Of a stretch of 64,000 nt of DNA, positions 24,185-36,385 are shown in pieces. The translations under genes and the position numbers were made by a program. The notes under the pieces were generated by a model, which had not been told where the DNA came from, did no database searches, and worked only from the letters and a program-made list of their open reading frames with translations. The stretch covers positions 24,616,001 through 24,680,000 of the forward strand of contig NW_024704743.1 in assembly GCF_018977255.1 (NCBI RefSeq), written 5' to 3'. Positions within the stretch are counted from its first letter, which is position 1. Each line of letters begins with the position of its first letter. The DNA comes from Callorhinchus milii (lineage: Eukaryota).

Positions 24185-24360
24185 ATGTGTGTGCACTGAA
24201 TGTGGATGAAGGTAATTGCAGGAATTACATTTTGAAATGGTTCTTTAATCAAGAATTAAAAAGATGCCAACAGTTTTGGTTTAGTGGTTGTAGAGGAAAT
24301 CGGAACCGATTTGACACCAAACAAGAGTGTGAAGATTTATGTCTGAAACGTGCCTGGTAA
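24185..24360 (+). CDS. col6a4: terminal exon: BPTI/Kunitz domain and stop codon
   Basis: tttcag|AT GTG TGT...; DVCALNVDEGNCRNYILKWFFNQELKRCQQFWFSGCRGNRNRFDTKQECEDLCLKRAW*; all six Kunitz cysteines present. Confidence 0.95.
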
Positions 24361-25442
24361 ATGCTGCGGTGCTGTCTATTTTCCAAGTGAACACATCCCG
24401 AGAAAAGGATAGGTATCCTATGTACAATATCACTTCCCATTCACTCCTTTATATGAGCACATCATGTTGATCCCACTTAACACTCTGTGTCGAATGACAG
24501 TCAGGAGAATGCTTTCACAATTTTGCAAACAGATGTTAAATCTAAAATCCTAGTCCAAGCTAAATCATTCTCCCTTTACAGTACATGTTTTTAATGATCA
24601 ATCCCTCCACTGCTGTATTTTAAATAGAGACAGCAGACTCCCACAGAAATTTAAATCGGTCCACTTAAAATAGATTTTTGTTATGTACTTCCTATTGATT
24701 TTGAATACTAAATGAATGATTTAAAAAAAGTCACAATTAAGAACATTTCCAGTGTTTATGTAAATCTGGTTAAAAGAATAGTCGTAATGCAAGTGCAAAA
24801 TGTACTGGGAATCTAGCCATTCATTCTTTTTTATATGTAAATATTTTTTAATATATATATGACATTTATAAATGGGATATTTAAGGAGGCATTTTCAAGT
24901 GGAATCAGTACTCAGGATAATTAAAAGGATTCTCCAGTGAGTGTAAAGGTTCAAACTCAACTGTTGGTTGTTGACGGCCATATTAATCTCTCCCTTTTGG
25001 TTTTCCTCCCAACATCATATCTATTAGAATAATTTTCTGGGCATACTGCTGGCACAAAGGGCATCCCCATTAACTTTTGTCTTGCCTAAAGTCTTTATTC
25101 AAAGCAACAAACCGGCCAGTGAGTCCTCGACAGCAAACTGGTCACTATTTCAAGTGAGGCAAACACGGTGTTCCCCACACATACCTTAATTGTGAGCCAC
25201 CCATCGTATTGTTATTATTATTGCGGAAAAACAATTTAGTTCCTGGGAAAGAGGAAAGTATCGGGGAAGGACTTGCCAGTAAGATTACCAATATGTCCTG
25301 TTCAGTTAATTTTGAATCCACAGCCTATAGGGTATTCCTTTAAAATTGCTAAACGCATACTACCCAATGTAATTGATTACATTGGTGTACTATCCATTTA
25401 TTTTGTATGGTGCTTTGCTGGTGCAATCGAATAATATCAAAG

Positions 25443-25448
25443 AATAAA
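25443..25448 (+). terminator. probable polyadenylation signal
   Basis: AATAAA ~1.08 kb after the stop, at the end of an AT-rich stretch with no repeats I recognise, followed by T/GT-rich sequence. Confidence 0.6.
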
Positions 25449-26574
25449 ATGTTTTGTATCTATTGGACTTGAAGGTTGTTCCTATTTCTCATATTTGTAA
25501 CATTTTGATCCAAGTACATTTGCTTTGCCTTCAGCCAAGTGTGATTATTCTCTGCTCAGGGTTGGGTATTTAGTTTTTTGATGCCTGGAACAAGTCATTG
25601 CTTCCCAGCTTTGTTCCTTCCTCTCTCTCTATGAACACCACCTCCAATCGGGTTTCTGTTCTGCCCACAGCACAGAAACAGCCCTGGTCAAAGTGACAAA
25701 TGATATTTTGTCCATTTGTGACCAGGACTCTCTCTGTCTCCGCATCCTTGTCATTGTCACCTAGGAGTCAGTTCAACTTCTCACCCCCTCACCCCCCCTC
25801 ATTAGTTGGTCATTTGACATCTGACAATTGCAGGTTTGAGGCTTCACGAGGAGGATGGCAGGTCCCAGAAACTTGTGTCTTTCCCAGTGGGCAACACATC
25901 TCAGCATGAAATGCATTAGAGCATTACTACCACCTTCCTGCCCACAGCTCAGGCACACATATTCCTACCCATTGAGCAATGGACGTATGAAGCTTGAGCA
26001 GACTCCAGTAACTCCTTCCAGCAGTTGACATCTCAAGCCTCAGAGTTTCCTCATCAGCTATCTGATGGACATCTCCCTTCAGCATGGTGGGAGGACCTTA
26101 ACAGGACAGCTTGTGATGTGCCAGCACCCTGATGTTCTCAAGGTCCAAGTCCACTGCTGCCTACTAAGCTTACTCAGCACCAGGTCCTTGTGTGAGGGGA
26201 CTTGGCAAATAGACATGCCCACTATGCCTTCACCCCCAGGGTCCTCAACAACAGGTCATTGTAAGCCGGTGCCCTCCCTCCCTGCAGCCACTTGCCCTGT
26301 TTGCCACAAATCCACCTCACCGCTTGATCCTGAACTTTGCAAATGGGCAAAAGAAAACCCCTCCATTGCACCCCTAGGATCTCATAACCATAAAGTAGAA
26401 TTAGTTAGATACATGTCTTATACACCACAAGCTTAACCTGCATTGGGATCTTGCTGTCCTTCAAGATAGAAGAGAATGTCCAGAGTGCCCTTTGGTCCTA
26501 CTTAGTACAGTCCTTGAAGATAGTATGTTTGACATTTAGTACATTTGACATTTATGATATTACTAATTTTTCAT

Positions 26575-27005
26575 TTCAGCTTGGCTCAGTGGTAGCACTC
26601 TGGTCTCTGAGTCAGAAGGTTGTAGGTTCATATCTCGTGTCAAGTCACATAGTCTAAGATGATGCTCCAATGCAGTGCTGGTGGTGTGGCGGAAGGGGGT
26701 TGCATTGTCAGAGGTGCTGTCTTTTGGATGAGATGTTAGTCCGAGGTCCCATCTACCTGTTTAGGTGGAAGTTAAAGATCCCATGGCACTATTCAAAAGG
26801 AGAAGGAGTTCAACTGGCCAACAAAAATTGGTCACTCATTCATGGCTGTTTTTGGGACATTGCTGTACACAATTGTGCTGCTGCATTTGCCTTGAAATAC
26901 ACAAGTCACTCCATTTCACAGTAAATCCTGTGAAGTGTTTTGAGATGTCTTTCCAATGTGACGAGGCACTATATCAAATGCAAGATTATTATCATTATTA
27001 TTATT
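26575..27005 (+). mobile_element. Deu-domain SINE, near full length
   Basis: ttggctcagtggtagcactc..ctctgagtcagaagg; ggtgctgtcttttggatgaga..ccgaggtc..aggtggaagttaaagatcccatggcactatt. Confidence 0.88.
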
Positions 27006-27081
27006 AGTTCCTTCAATATGCTGCTCAACATGGCCAACTTGCAAATCCTAACTTCTAATTTTTTAAATGAGGTGGAAATAT

Positions 27082-27408
27082 GGAGTCCTGTAGCTCAGTG
27101 GTTAGAGCACTCGCCTTGCAAGTGAGACACCTGGGTTCAATTCCAGGCAGGGTGAAACCTTGGGCAAGTTTCCTAACTCCACACATCTAATAAGAATTCC
27201 TTCAAAACCAAAAACAATAATAAATTGGTCATTTTCAATCCACGACTGTTTGTGGGACACTGCTGAGTGCAATTGGCTGCCGCGTTCGCCCACAAATATA
27301 CAGTCAATTCACTTTACAGTGTGTTCTGTGAAGCGCTTTGGGACGTCCTCCCGACGTGAAAAGCGCTATATCAAATGCAAGGATTATTATTATTATTATT
27401 ATTATTAT
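27082..27408 (+). mobile_element. SINE family A, short subfamily; extra tails follow at 27409-27478 and ~27570-27665
   Basis: A box 27091-27101, B box 27133-27144, stem-loop, long (TTA)n run. Confidence 0.92.
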
Positions 27409-28902
27409 TCTGTGAAGCGCTTTGAGACGTCGAGAAGATGTGAAAAGCTCTGTATCAAATGCAAGATTATTATTATTATAAATATATGTCTTAAACTAGC
27501 AATGTGGTGTTGTAAAGAAGTTACCTTTGGACTGAGACCAACTGTCCAAATATTCACACAAAAAACACACTGCCACTCCACCTTACAATATATCCTTTGA
27601 AGTCCTTTGGGATGTCCTCCTATTGTGAAAAGCACTATACCAAATGCAAGAATTATTATCATTATAGATAGATTATGACAAAGATACAAAAAATGACTGA
27701 AGGTAGGAACAGCTATAAAGAAGTGTTGGTGGACTTTCCAGTGGGATTAACAAAAATATAATTTGTACTTGAGGACAATGTCAGGAACAAGGCAAACCTT
27801 TTTACATTGGCATATAATGGTGTAAACCAACTGTTTTGTCAATAATAGACAGATATGGATAATTATGCTAAATTCATCCTGGGATCATCCTGGGATGTAG
27901 AAGAAAACCACCTCAAGATACACTAACTTGAAGCATTTGGCGAAGGAGATTTTGGGATGAATGAAACATAAAAGTTAGCAAAAAATGAGTGGGGAAGGGT
28001 TAGAATCCCACATTCTACTTATACCTGAGCAGTAAAACATCATTTTACTTTTGTGGGCTAATCTGCTCAACACACCAACATGGGACAATTAGGCCACCAA
28101 TGTATAACTTGTAATGCCATTGGAGAAGATAACTCACAGACCAATGAAGCTGAAATTAACTTCAAATCAATTAAATTCAATGACCTGATCCTTGTTGTAA
28201 AATTATCTTCCCTTGTAGCGCACATGTTGTCATTCAGATCATAAGGAGAATCTGCAGTATGTATCTGGCAAATATTTATTTTATCTGTTACGACATCTAT
28301 CTTTTGCATTTGTTATTATCAATAAATAATAAATGTGAAAGATGCGCGATGTTATGCCAGATAAAATAATTGAGGTCCAATCATTTTGGCTCAGTAATGA
28401 TTTCTGTTATGTAGAGAGCAAAAGGTGAAATCTCTTGGAATCAAACCAATATACTTGGGATGAAGCTGTAAGTATGTTAGCAAAAACTGAGGATGTGGAG
28501 AGATCTGAATGTGCAGATGACTAGGTGAACCTTGAATGTTGAGGTGAGAGGAGAGGCGGTGGAAGAGGATGGAGTGGTCCACGGTATCAAAGGCAGCAGA
28601 GAGGACGAGGAGGCAGCGAAACGAGGATAGTGGGGAAGGTGGAAGGGAGTGATTAACAACAACAACAGGATTAGATTTGTAAAGCGCCTTTCAAATCGGG
28701 AGGACGTCCCAATTTTACAACAATTTTACAACAAGGATCAAGTTACTGAACTGAATTGATTTGAATGTCTAAATTGCTTAAGTCCAAAGCAGCAACAAAA
28801 ATGTGCTTGCAGAGAACAAGCAACAGATTTATCAGAGCACTGAACAGCTTGAACATGACCTCAGGAGATTTGAATTCACATTTCACATATTGACAAATTC
28901 AA

Positions 28903-29115
28903 GTTCACATTCCTTTGTGGGTTGTTTGCCTTGAGCCTTTAACATTTCGCATAATTTATATTTCATTCTGTTACAAGCCAATTTTCCATCCACACCGTCA
29001 TTAATTCTGCAAATGTTCACCTTTGTTTCCCTTGAGCCTTCAACATTTCCCATAATTTATATTTCATTCTGTTGCCAGCTAATTTTCCATCCACACCGTC
29101 ATTAATTCTGCAAAT
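28903..29115. repeat. ~101-bp tandem duplication
   Basis: cttgagcctt...cataatttatatttcattctgtt...ttttccatccacaccgtcattaattctgcaaat starts at 28930 and at 29031. Confidence 0.9.
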
Positions 29116-30094
29116 TTTCTTTACCACAACTTCAGATGCAGAACATTATTAAATACCTTCTAAACTTCTTCATTAATAATGATAATAAAAATAATCTTTG
29201 CATTTGGTAAAGTACCTTATCGCATCGTCAAAATGACTCAAAGCGCTTCACAGGATATACTGTAAAGTGGATTGACTGTGTATTTTGTGGCTGAAACCTG
29301 GCAACAGTGCTCCAATCTAAATCCGCAGACACAGGGTCAACTTCCAAGTATGCAGATAACACCCAACTTTGTGCCTCTGGCCTTGACTTCAAGACGACTT
29401 CAAGGTTTCCTGATGAGAATCAGCTGCTTTGGGTGAGACATTTTAAGGGACATCTTTTTCCACTGCATAGGCACATTTTAAGACTTTAGCATATTAAGAG
29501 GGGAATGAGGGCAACCTGAAAGACAATACTCTGCTAAGTGTAATGCGGCTACTGCTGAAAACTGCTGGGCAATTTCACACACGTGCATCGTGCTTTGGCA
29601 ACATTCAATTGTAAAATATTGTCATTTTTTCTCACTTAATAATAAAATAATAATTCTCGCATTTAATATAGCACCTATAACATTTAGAACATCTTAAAAT
29701 GATTCACATAGTTTCTGTAAGTACTGGTAACTGTATTTGCAGGTTATTGTGACAGCTAAATTGCAGTATCCCACAAACAGTCATGAAGATAAATGACCAA
29801 TTTTATCTGAAGGATTCCTGACCAAGCCATTGAGAAGAACTCTCTTTTCTTTTCAAATACACTTTACCTATTGTCAGAATTCCTATTATTTTTCCTATGG
29901 TATTTGGCTGTCAGGGATCATTTCTGGTATGTGAAGAAAATTCCTGAATAAATATTAGCTGAGCAAAACAGATTACAGCAGTTGAAACAATATTGCTAGT
30001 GTTCTGGGGAATGTGAGCTGGAGAACAAACATTTTTGTTGATTTCTTTTAATTTGGGGAGAGTTGTAATTTCACTATGTATTGTCTTTTACCTT

Positions 30095-30372
30095 TTTTTC
30101 CTTACTCCACGCGCCTCTTTTCCTTGCAGTAAGTAGGAACCCAGTTGTTAGTCAATTGGCGGATTGCTTTCTGGGGTAATAATCCCTAAAAAAGAAATGC
30201 TATTACTCAATCCATGACTGTTTGTGGGACACTGCTGTGCGCAATTGGCTGCCACAATTGGCCACAAAATACACAGTCAATTCACTTCACAATATATTCA
30301 GTGAATTGCTTTGAGTCGTCTCAACAATGTGATAAGGTGCTATATCAAATGCAAATGCAAAGATTATTATTA
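30095..30372 (+). mobile_element. 5'-truncated SINE family A, long subfamily
   Basis: ttccttactccacgcgcctc...agtaagtaggaaccc followed by the tail. Confidence 0.8.
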
Positions 30373-30489
30373 TTTTTTGGAACTTCTCTGAAACTCGAAT
30401 CACTGAAACATGGTTTAATGGTTGATTAAGAGACTAGAGTGTTACCAACTGAACCAAGCTAATACCTCACACAAAGCAGATGATTTCCA

Positions 30490-31400
30490 TCAGGACATCA
30501 GTGGTCCTGAAGTTGAAGGTGGAGGCAGAGAGATAGAGTTGGGTGTCATCCGCATACATGTGGAAGTTGACCTCATGCCTGTGGATGATGTCACTTTGGG
30601 GTTGTGGGCATGTAGATATTGACGAGGAGAGGACCAAGGACAAAACCCTGAGGAACACCGCACGAGACGGTGTAGGGCTGGAGGAGAAGACGTTCATGGA
30701 CACAAAGTGGAGGCAATGGGAAAGGTAAGCTTTGAACGAGGGAAGGGTAGGACCCTGCAGATTGAGCTGAGAGGAGAAGCGTTGGAGAAGGATAGAGTGG
30801 TCAACAGTGTTGAAAACGGCAGAGAGGTCAAGGGGGATGAGGAGACAGAAGGAGCCCTGGTTATAGGTGGACAAAATGTCATTTGTCTCTTTGACCCAAG
30901 CTGTTTCTTTGCTGTGGGAGTGACGGGAGAAGACGGAACGAAACTGGGAAGCAACAACTTGTTCCAGGACCTTGGAAAGGGAGGTTGGAGATGGAATGGT
31001 AATTGGAGAGCAGGGTTCAGGGAAGTTATTTTGAGAATGGAGGTAATGATGGCTGTTTTTAAGGGGGTGTGAATGGTGCCAGTGGACAAGGAGAGGTTGT
31101 TGATATCTATTAGTATAAGGGTAAGGAATTGGTGCTAGGAGGTAAGGAGAGGGGTAGGGATGGGGGTCAAGAGATCATGTGGTGCTTCATTTTGTACATG
31201 ATGGAGGTGAGATAAGATGGAGAGACAGGGTTGAAAGCATGGAAGGAGGGATGAAGGAGGGGCCAGAGTATGAGATGCGGAGGGTGTAGCAGTAGATAGT
31301 GCAGAGGCAGCCTAGTGGATCCCCTCAATTTTGGACTCGAGGAAGTCCAGCATCTCCTCACAGTTGGAGTTGGAGGAGAAGTTTGGCAATGCATTGAGAG
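30490..31400 (-). mobile_element. L2 RT-region fragment, antisense
   Basis: ORF 30467..30874: LDLSAVFNTVDH...[12 protein letters not shown]. Confidence 0.85.
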
Positions 31401-31434
31401 AGTGGACGGAGGAGCCAGATAAGTGAACGCAGCC

Positions 31435-31590
31435 CATCTCAAGACCTTCCTCTCTTTGACCATGCCTTTGCATACCCTCTCACCCCACACCCCCCTGTTC
31501 TCCACCCCTCTTTGACTCTTAACTGTCAAGCGCCTTGGGATATCCTTCCGACATGAAAGGCATTATATAAATGTAATTTTGTTGCTGTTA
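31435..31590 (+). mobile_element. L2 3' end
   Basis: ctcaagaccttcc...aagcgccttgggatatccttccgacatgaaaggc...ttgttg. Confidence 0.8.
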
Positions 31591-31614
31591 TCTTCAGGTA
31601 TATATTGTTGTTGT

Positions 31615-31920
31615 TATCCTAGCTGGACAAGCAGTTGAAAGTGAGCTAGACAATTCTTTCAGTTACAAACCATGTTTTTTTTAACTGTTAAACTATAACA
31701 GTACCCACAATGTTTTCCTCAAGACTTAGATCTCACCAAACTGTACCTAATACACTCTGAAATTAGGTAAGCAAGATGTATCCCTCCAGGAAGAGAGTGC
31801 ACAGTCTATTCTAGACATAGGGAAATTTCTATGAGTAAGTGGTATACATATGTGGAACTCTGTCCGGCTTGGATACTCTTAAACATGATGACAGTTCCAC
31901 ATCTCGGTGACCCCAAAAGA
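31615..31920 (+). repeat. family X 3' half
   Basis: ctagctggacaagcag...aattaggtaagc...ggatactcttaa. Confidence 0.7.
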
Positions 31921-32844
31921 ATTACTTTCTTTTCAGGATCCATTCCCTTAATCATAAAACCAGAAATTGAATTCCATACTACATTTCCCTATTTCTTAAG
32001 GAAGGAAGATGCATGTATTAGTTTGGTTAACCAGAGAAGCCAGGACATGAGTATAACAATAAGACAGAGGTCACACTTCAAATCTATTGTATGTGTATAT
32101 ATAAGAACTGAATTTAAACATGCAGTCTTTAAAGGGTTTCTGAAAACTTTCCCGTATCTTGCATTATTTTTTCTGGGAAGCAGAGTAATAGAAGTGGACC
32201 AAAATAAACACAAATTATTCACCGATGAATTCAGAAAAAAGAAAAATTGGAATCCACTCAACCTAACAAAGTATGCCAGTAACTACAACAGATTTTATTT
32301 CTTTGGAATAAGCTTATGATGTATCATGTGTCACAGATCTTAAATACAGAGATCCAAGTGTCATGTGGTTGGATTAACAGGATCTATTAAAATAGATGTG
32401 TGAGGGAATTTATTTCATGTTTTCATAACAATAGGAAGCAGTATTTAATGCAGTTTATATTTCATTCCATATAAATCCAAAGTGACATGTTATTTTTTAA
32501 TACAATTCTTTTGATATACAACATTATTACACTAAATTCATCAATCACAACAACAAATTGCATTTATATGTCAATCGTTATATATGGCGTTTTTATAATA
32601 AAATGGAATATTTTCTTCTGGCTTTGTCTTGATTGATGTGAGCTCACAAATGGTACTTAGAAATGTTACAAACGTCAATTGCTGAAAGTGACAGGATTTG
32701 CTGTGAATGCAAAGCAGCCAATTTGTAATTTGTAATTCTTATGTGTTTAATGTTAGGAAGTAATATCTTGGGATACAATATATAGTTTGTGACACATGTC
32801 AATTGACTGCCAGGATCGTGGAAGGCGAACTGGATGGACCTTGG

Positions 32845-33548
32845 TGTTAGACAAGGTTGATTTTAATATAGTCTGTAAGAAGAGTAGAAAAGAATTAATA
32901 GTGAATATATATATGTATATCAATACCCATATATGCATGCTGGTAGCAAGCAGAGGGATAAAGAAACTGTTAGTCATAATTAGAAACTGTTTTCCAAACA
33001 TTTTAAGAATTTGCAGAATAAGCCATCCTGGTTTAAAAGGTCAATGGACAATCATTTGTGATGGCGAGGGAAAACATAAAACAAACAGAGACAGGCCCTG
33101 GACTTGGAAGGGAAAAGTAAGATGTGTGTTGAAGAATAATGGGCAAGCTGCTTTGTTTCAAAGGGGCTGCTTATCTAAAATATATGGATACAAGGATGTG
33201 CAGGGGTTGAGTGTGTTGGGTACGTACTAAGATGCTTAACTGGAGAAGAAGGGGGGAAGATCCCTAGGTGGAAAAAGTATAACTATCCTGACTTTAGGCA
33301 AGTAAGGAAGCAAATCCAGCCAGACAAAGAAAGCAGCCAAACCGACAGAGAGAATGTGTGCTGAAACCATCGCAGCTGACTGACTGCTCCAAAACTGGTA
33401 GTATAAGCTCTGTTACTTGTAGTGGCAGTATTATTTTACTAGTTTTGTACGTGTTACTTTTGTATGTGTTACTTTGATTAGTAAATCTCTATTACACCTT
33501 AATTAGATTGTCAGGTCATTATTTGAACCTTGCGATCGGAAATCCCGA
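32845..33548 (+). mobile_element. solo LTR inserted in a CR1 3' end
   Basis: starts TGTTAG; ends gatcggaaatcccga (terminal CA missing); TTGG on both sides; flanks rejoin as ggaccttggtcttcattcacctagcaaattcttatgttcttatg. Confidence 0.75.
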
Positions 33549-34759
33549 TTGGTCTTCATTCACCTAGCAAATTCTTATGTTCTTATGTAGCAACCAGATG
33601 AGGAGAGGTCAGGCATGGATATGATAGCCTCTATCAACAAATGGCCTGTTGATGTTCACACATGAACAACTGCCACTTGGGCGGGGTACCAGAGGGCTCA
33701 AGGAATCAGAGCACCTCAACATGAGGAGGCAAGGGATCATGAGCAATGAATGGTGTATGCCAACGGAGAGGAAAAATAGAAAGATAATAGCACATCATAA
33801 TTTTTAAAAAAATCTTCGAACTGTTTTCCTTTTACTTAAAAATTACACAGATTGGGGAGAAAATCAAGATTATATGTAAAAGGCAAGTTCTTGTTGGTGT
33901 CTGCCTAGCTGTCATTGGGAGACAAGAGGCAAGAGGGTAGGGGCAGAAAGGCTGAAGGCCCGACTGCTGATATTGGGGCAGGCTGGGCGGGGATGTGGCA
34001 GGTGAGGCAATGTGGGAGCCGGTCGATTTTGCATAGATGGGTAAAGGCAGAGCGGGTTGTGGCACGGATGTGCGGTAGAAAGGACAGTTGAGGGACAAAC
34101 AAGATGCCAAGCTTCTGGACTAATTATAATCTTGAAACTAACTTAAAAAATAGTTGGGGCTGGGTTTTCCCATCTGCTTCAGTGAAGAGCTGCCAATAGC
34201 TAATATATATTTTATTATTACAGTAACTGCTCGGTTAACATTGTCCAGATGTCTATCCCACTGTAAAATGATTCAGTCAGCGCATTGCTTGCTAAAAAAT
34301 GTAAGTAAAGAAATTAGTAAAGATTGCCAATAATAGTATGAAATTTGCAGGAACTAATCCACTTTTGTTCCAGCCTAGCTCTTTGGTATCTCTGGTGACC
34401 ATAACCACAGTACAGGATAGGTAACTTAATAAAGATTTTCTAACTGCCTGGTTGCATCTCTCCAAAAGAGGGCATAACTATACAAGATCGATCCCAAATC
34501 TTTCTTCCACTGACTGAAGTCTGTCGTTGATCAATGGTTGTGCCAGTGTTGGACAAGTCCATTCTTCTACACAAACCCATGAGGGTATCCTGCAGGTCTG
34601 GAGGAAGCATTATGCAGAGTTGCCATCTGATCCAACAGGTTGGAGAAGAGATCCATCTGCATGGAGGTTGGAAGAGCTGGTGGGAGATGTGGAATAGATT
34701 CAAGGCTATAACAACCCAAATCTTTGGGAGGAAGTGGACTGCACACTGTGGCACTTGCT

Positions 34760-34992
34760 AATGGCAAGGCAGAAGATGCAGGTGGCATTAATGCTGAGTT
34801 CTTAAAAGCTACTCTTGAAGAGAAGGCGAATGGAGAATGGTGAGGATCTTACAGATCCAAGCCAGGAACCCCCAACTTGTTTTGGAGCCACCCTCCTAAT
34901 ACTGGTCAACAAGATTCTCTCTGAGGCATGCACCCTGTCAGTATTCTAGTGTGCAATTGTGGTTTCTATCCACAAGAAGGGTGATCCTAGTG
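34760..34992 (+). mobile_element. old non-LTR retrotransposon pre-RT fragment
   Basis: translates to KAEDAGGINAEFLK and AIVVSIHKKGDPS, resembling the KAPGPDGI and IVPIxKKGD motifs. Confidence 0.5.
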
Positions 34993-34997
34993 GGTCC

Positions 34998-35360
34998 AAA
35001 TCCTTGCATTTGATATAGCAGCTTATCACGTCTTCAAGACATCTCAAAGCACATCACAGAATATACATTATAAAGTGAATTGATTGTGTATTTTGTGGGC
35101 CAAACGTGGCAGCCAATTGCACACAGCAGTGTCCTACAAACAGTCGTGGATCGAATGACCAAATTATTANTTTTTTAAGGAATTATTACCGCCAGAAAAG
35201 CAATCCGCCAATAGACTAACAACCAGGTTCCTACCTAATGCTAGGTAAACAGAGGTGTGTGGAGTAAGGAAACATTTCCAACAAATCGCCCTGCTGGGAA
35301 GCAAACCTTGGTCGTCCAGCTTGTGATGCGAGTGCTCTAACCACTATGCTCCAAGACTCC
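34998..35360 (-). mobile_element. SINE family A, long subfamily
   Basis: aatccttgcatttgatatagc...gagtgctctaaccact...gactcc. Confidence 0.85.
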
Positions 35361-35969
35361 AATAAACATCTCTTAAATTTCTATATATAGTTGGGAGATG
35401 CATGCCACTCTTACCAGGAGGTGAGTGGGAAGAATCCCTGCACCCAGTGATTGTCTGCCCCCCAAGTTCTGCTGATGAGCCAGGGTGGCTGATCTATTAT
35501 CAACAGAGCCATGGAGTAGTGTGGACCTGCCCAACTCAGGAACCAGACTATTGTGACTACCACAGAGGGTTGTCTTGATTCCAACATGCTGTTCCTAGGA
35601 GATAACCTTGCAAGGAAATCTCAACCTTATCCCCCCCCAAGACGGTAACTAAGCTGCACAGTTCTTCTATTTAAGGGGAAAACAACATGCAAATTCTTCA
35701 AGGTATCTATTTATAATATTTTGATTTGAATGTTTTCCCACCTGTTTTTCAGAAGTTCAGTCCAAAGAATGCTGAAAAAAAATTGCATGTTAGAAAGGCC
35801 TGCAATCCCCAGAAATCACTTATCCCACCTGGTTATTATGCAAAATCTGATATTTTGACCATGTTTTGTTAGACTTAGAAAAAGTCTGGAAAAAGCTTTG
35901 ACATCCCTATAATTTCAAAGGCTCTATTTTTTCAAAAGGTTGAAGAAGCAACATGACTGCCCAGGTGAC

Positions 35970-36385
35970 AACTGGATCAGTTGGGAGCACTCTCGGCTCT
36001 GAGTCAGATGGGTGGGGTCAAACCCCATTTCAGACTTTGAACTCCCAATCTTGGTTAATACTTCAATGCAGTTTTGGGAGAATGCTGCATTGTCAGGGAT
36101 GCTGTCCTTTGGATGAGACATTAAACCGAGAACCTGTTTGCTTATTCAGGTGAATGTTAATGATATAACGACACTGGTCAAAAAAAGGTGTTCTCCAGCT
36201 TTCCTAGCCAATAGTTCCCGAGGATAAAAAATTGGCATTTACTTCGCTGAAAGCAAATTAGCCACCTCATTTTGTCCACAAATACACAATCATTGCACTT
36301 CACAGTAAAGTCCTGTGAAGTGCTTTGAGATATCTCGATGACATGATGAAATGCTATATCAAATGGCAAGGTGATTATTATTACC
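35970..36385 (+). mobile_element. Deu-domain SINE
   Basis: ctctgagtcaga...gctgtcctttggatgagacattaaaccgag...caggtgaatgttaa followed by the tail. Confidence 0.82.

Larger units (their letters stand above)
1782..25470 (+). other. col6a4: 3' half of a long-chain collagen VI gene (alpha-4(VI)-like): triple helix, VWA C1, VWA C2, Kunitz, 3'UTR; 5' part lies upstream of the window
   Basis: 20 GT-AG exons, phase-compatible except the 62-nt one. Helix exon sizes 66,54,36,63,63,63,63,51,36,(62),63,36 resemble the COL6A3/4/5/6 series. Motifs CPAYPTELVFALD, ESNCPTGARV, FVARNTFKRVR, EAKCKG, GINSYPP and a terminal Kunitz domain are present, and I found no FN3 exon. The paralog assignment (alpha-4 vs alpha-3/5/6) is inferred from domain order. 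Confidence 0.8.

Noticed and set aside
27082..27155. tRNA-Ala-like gene (also at 9400-9470, 12153, 17755, 52888, 55050-55121)
   Set aside because: No acceptor stem closure; each continues into a SINE body and tail, so these are SINE heads
31831..33230. 162-aa and 144-aa ORFs
   Set aside because: They run across repeat and LTR boundaries, show no domain motifs and have no exon structure
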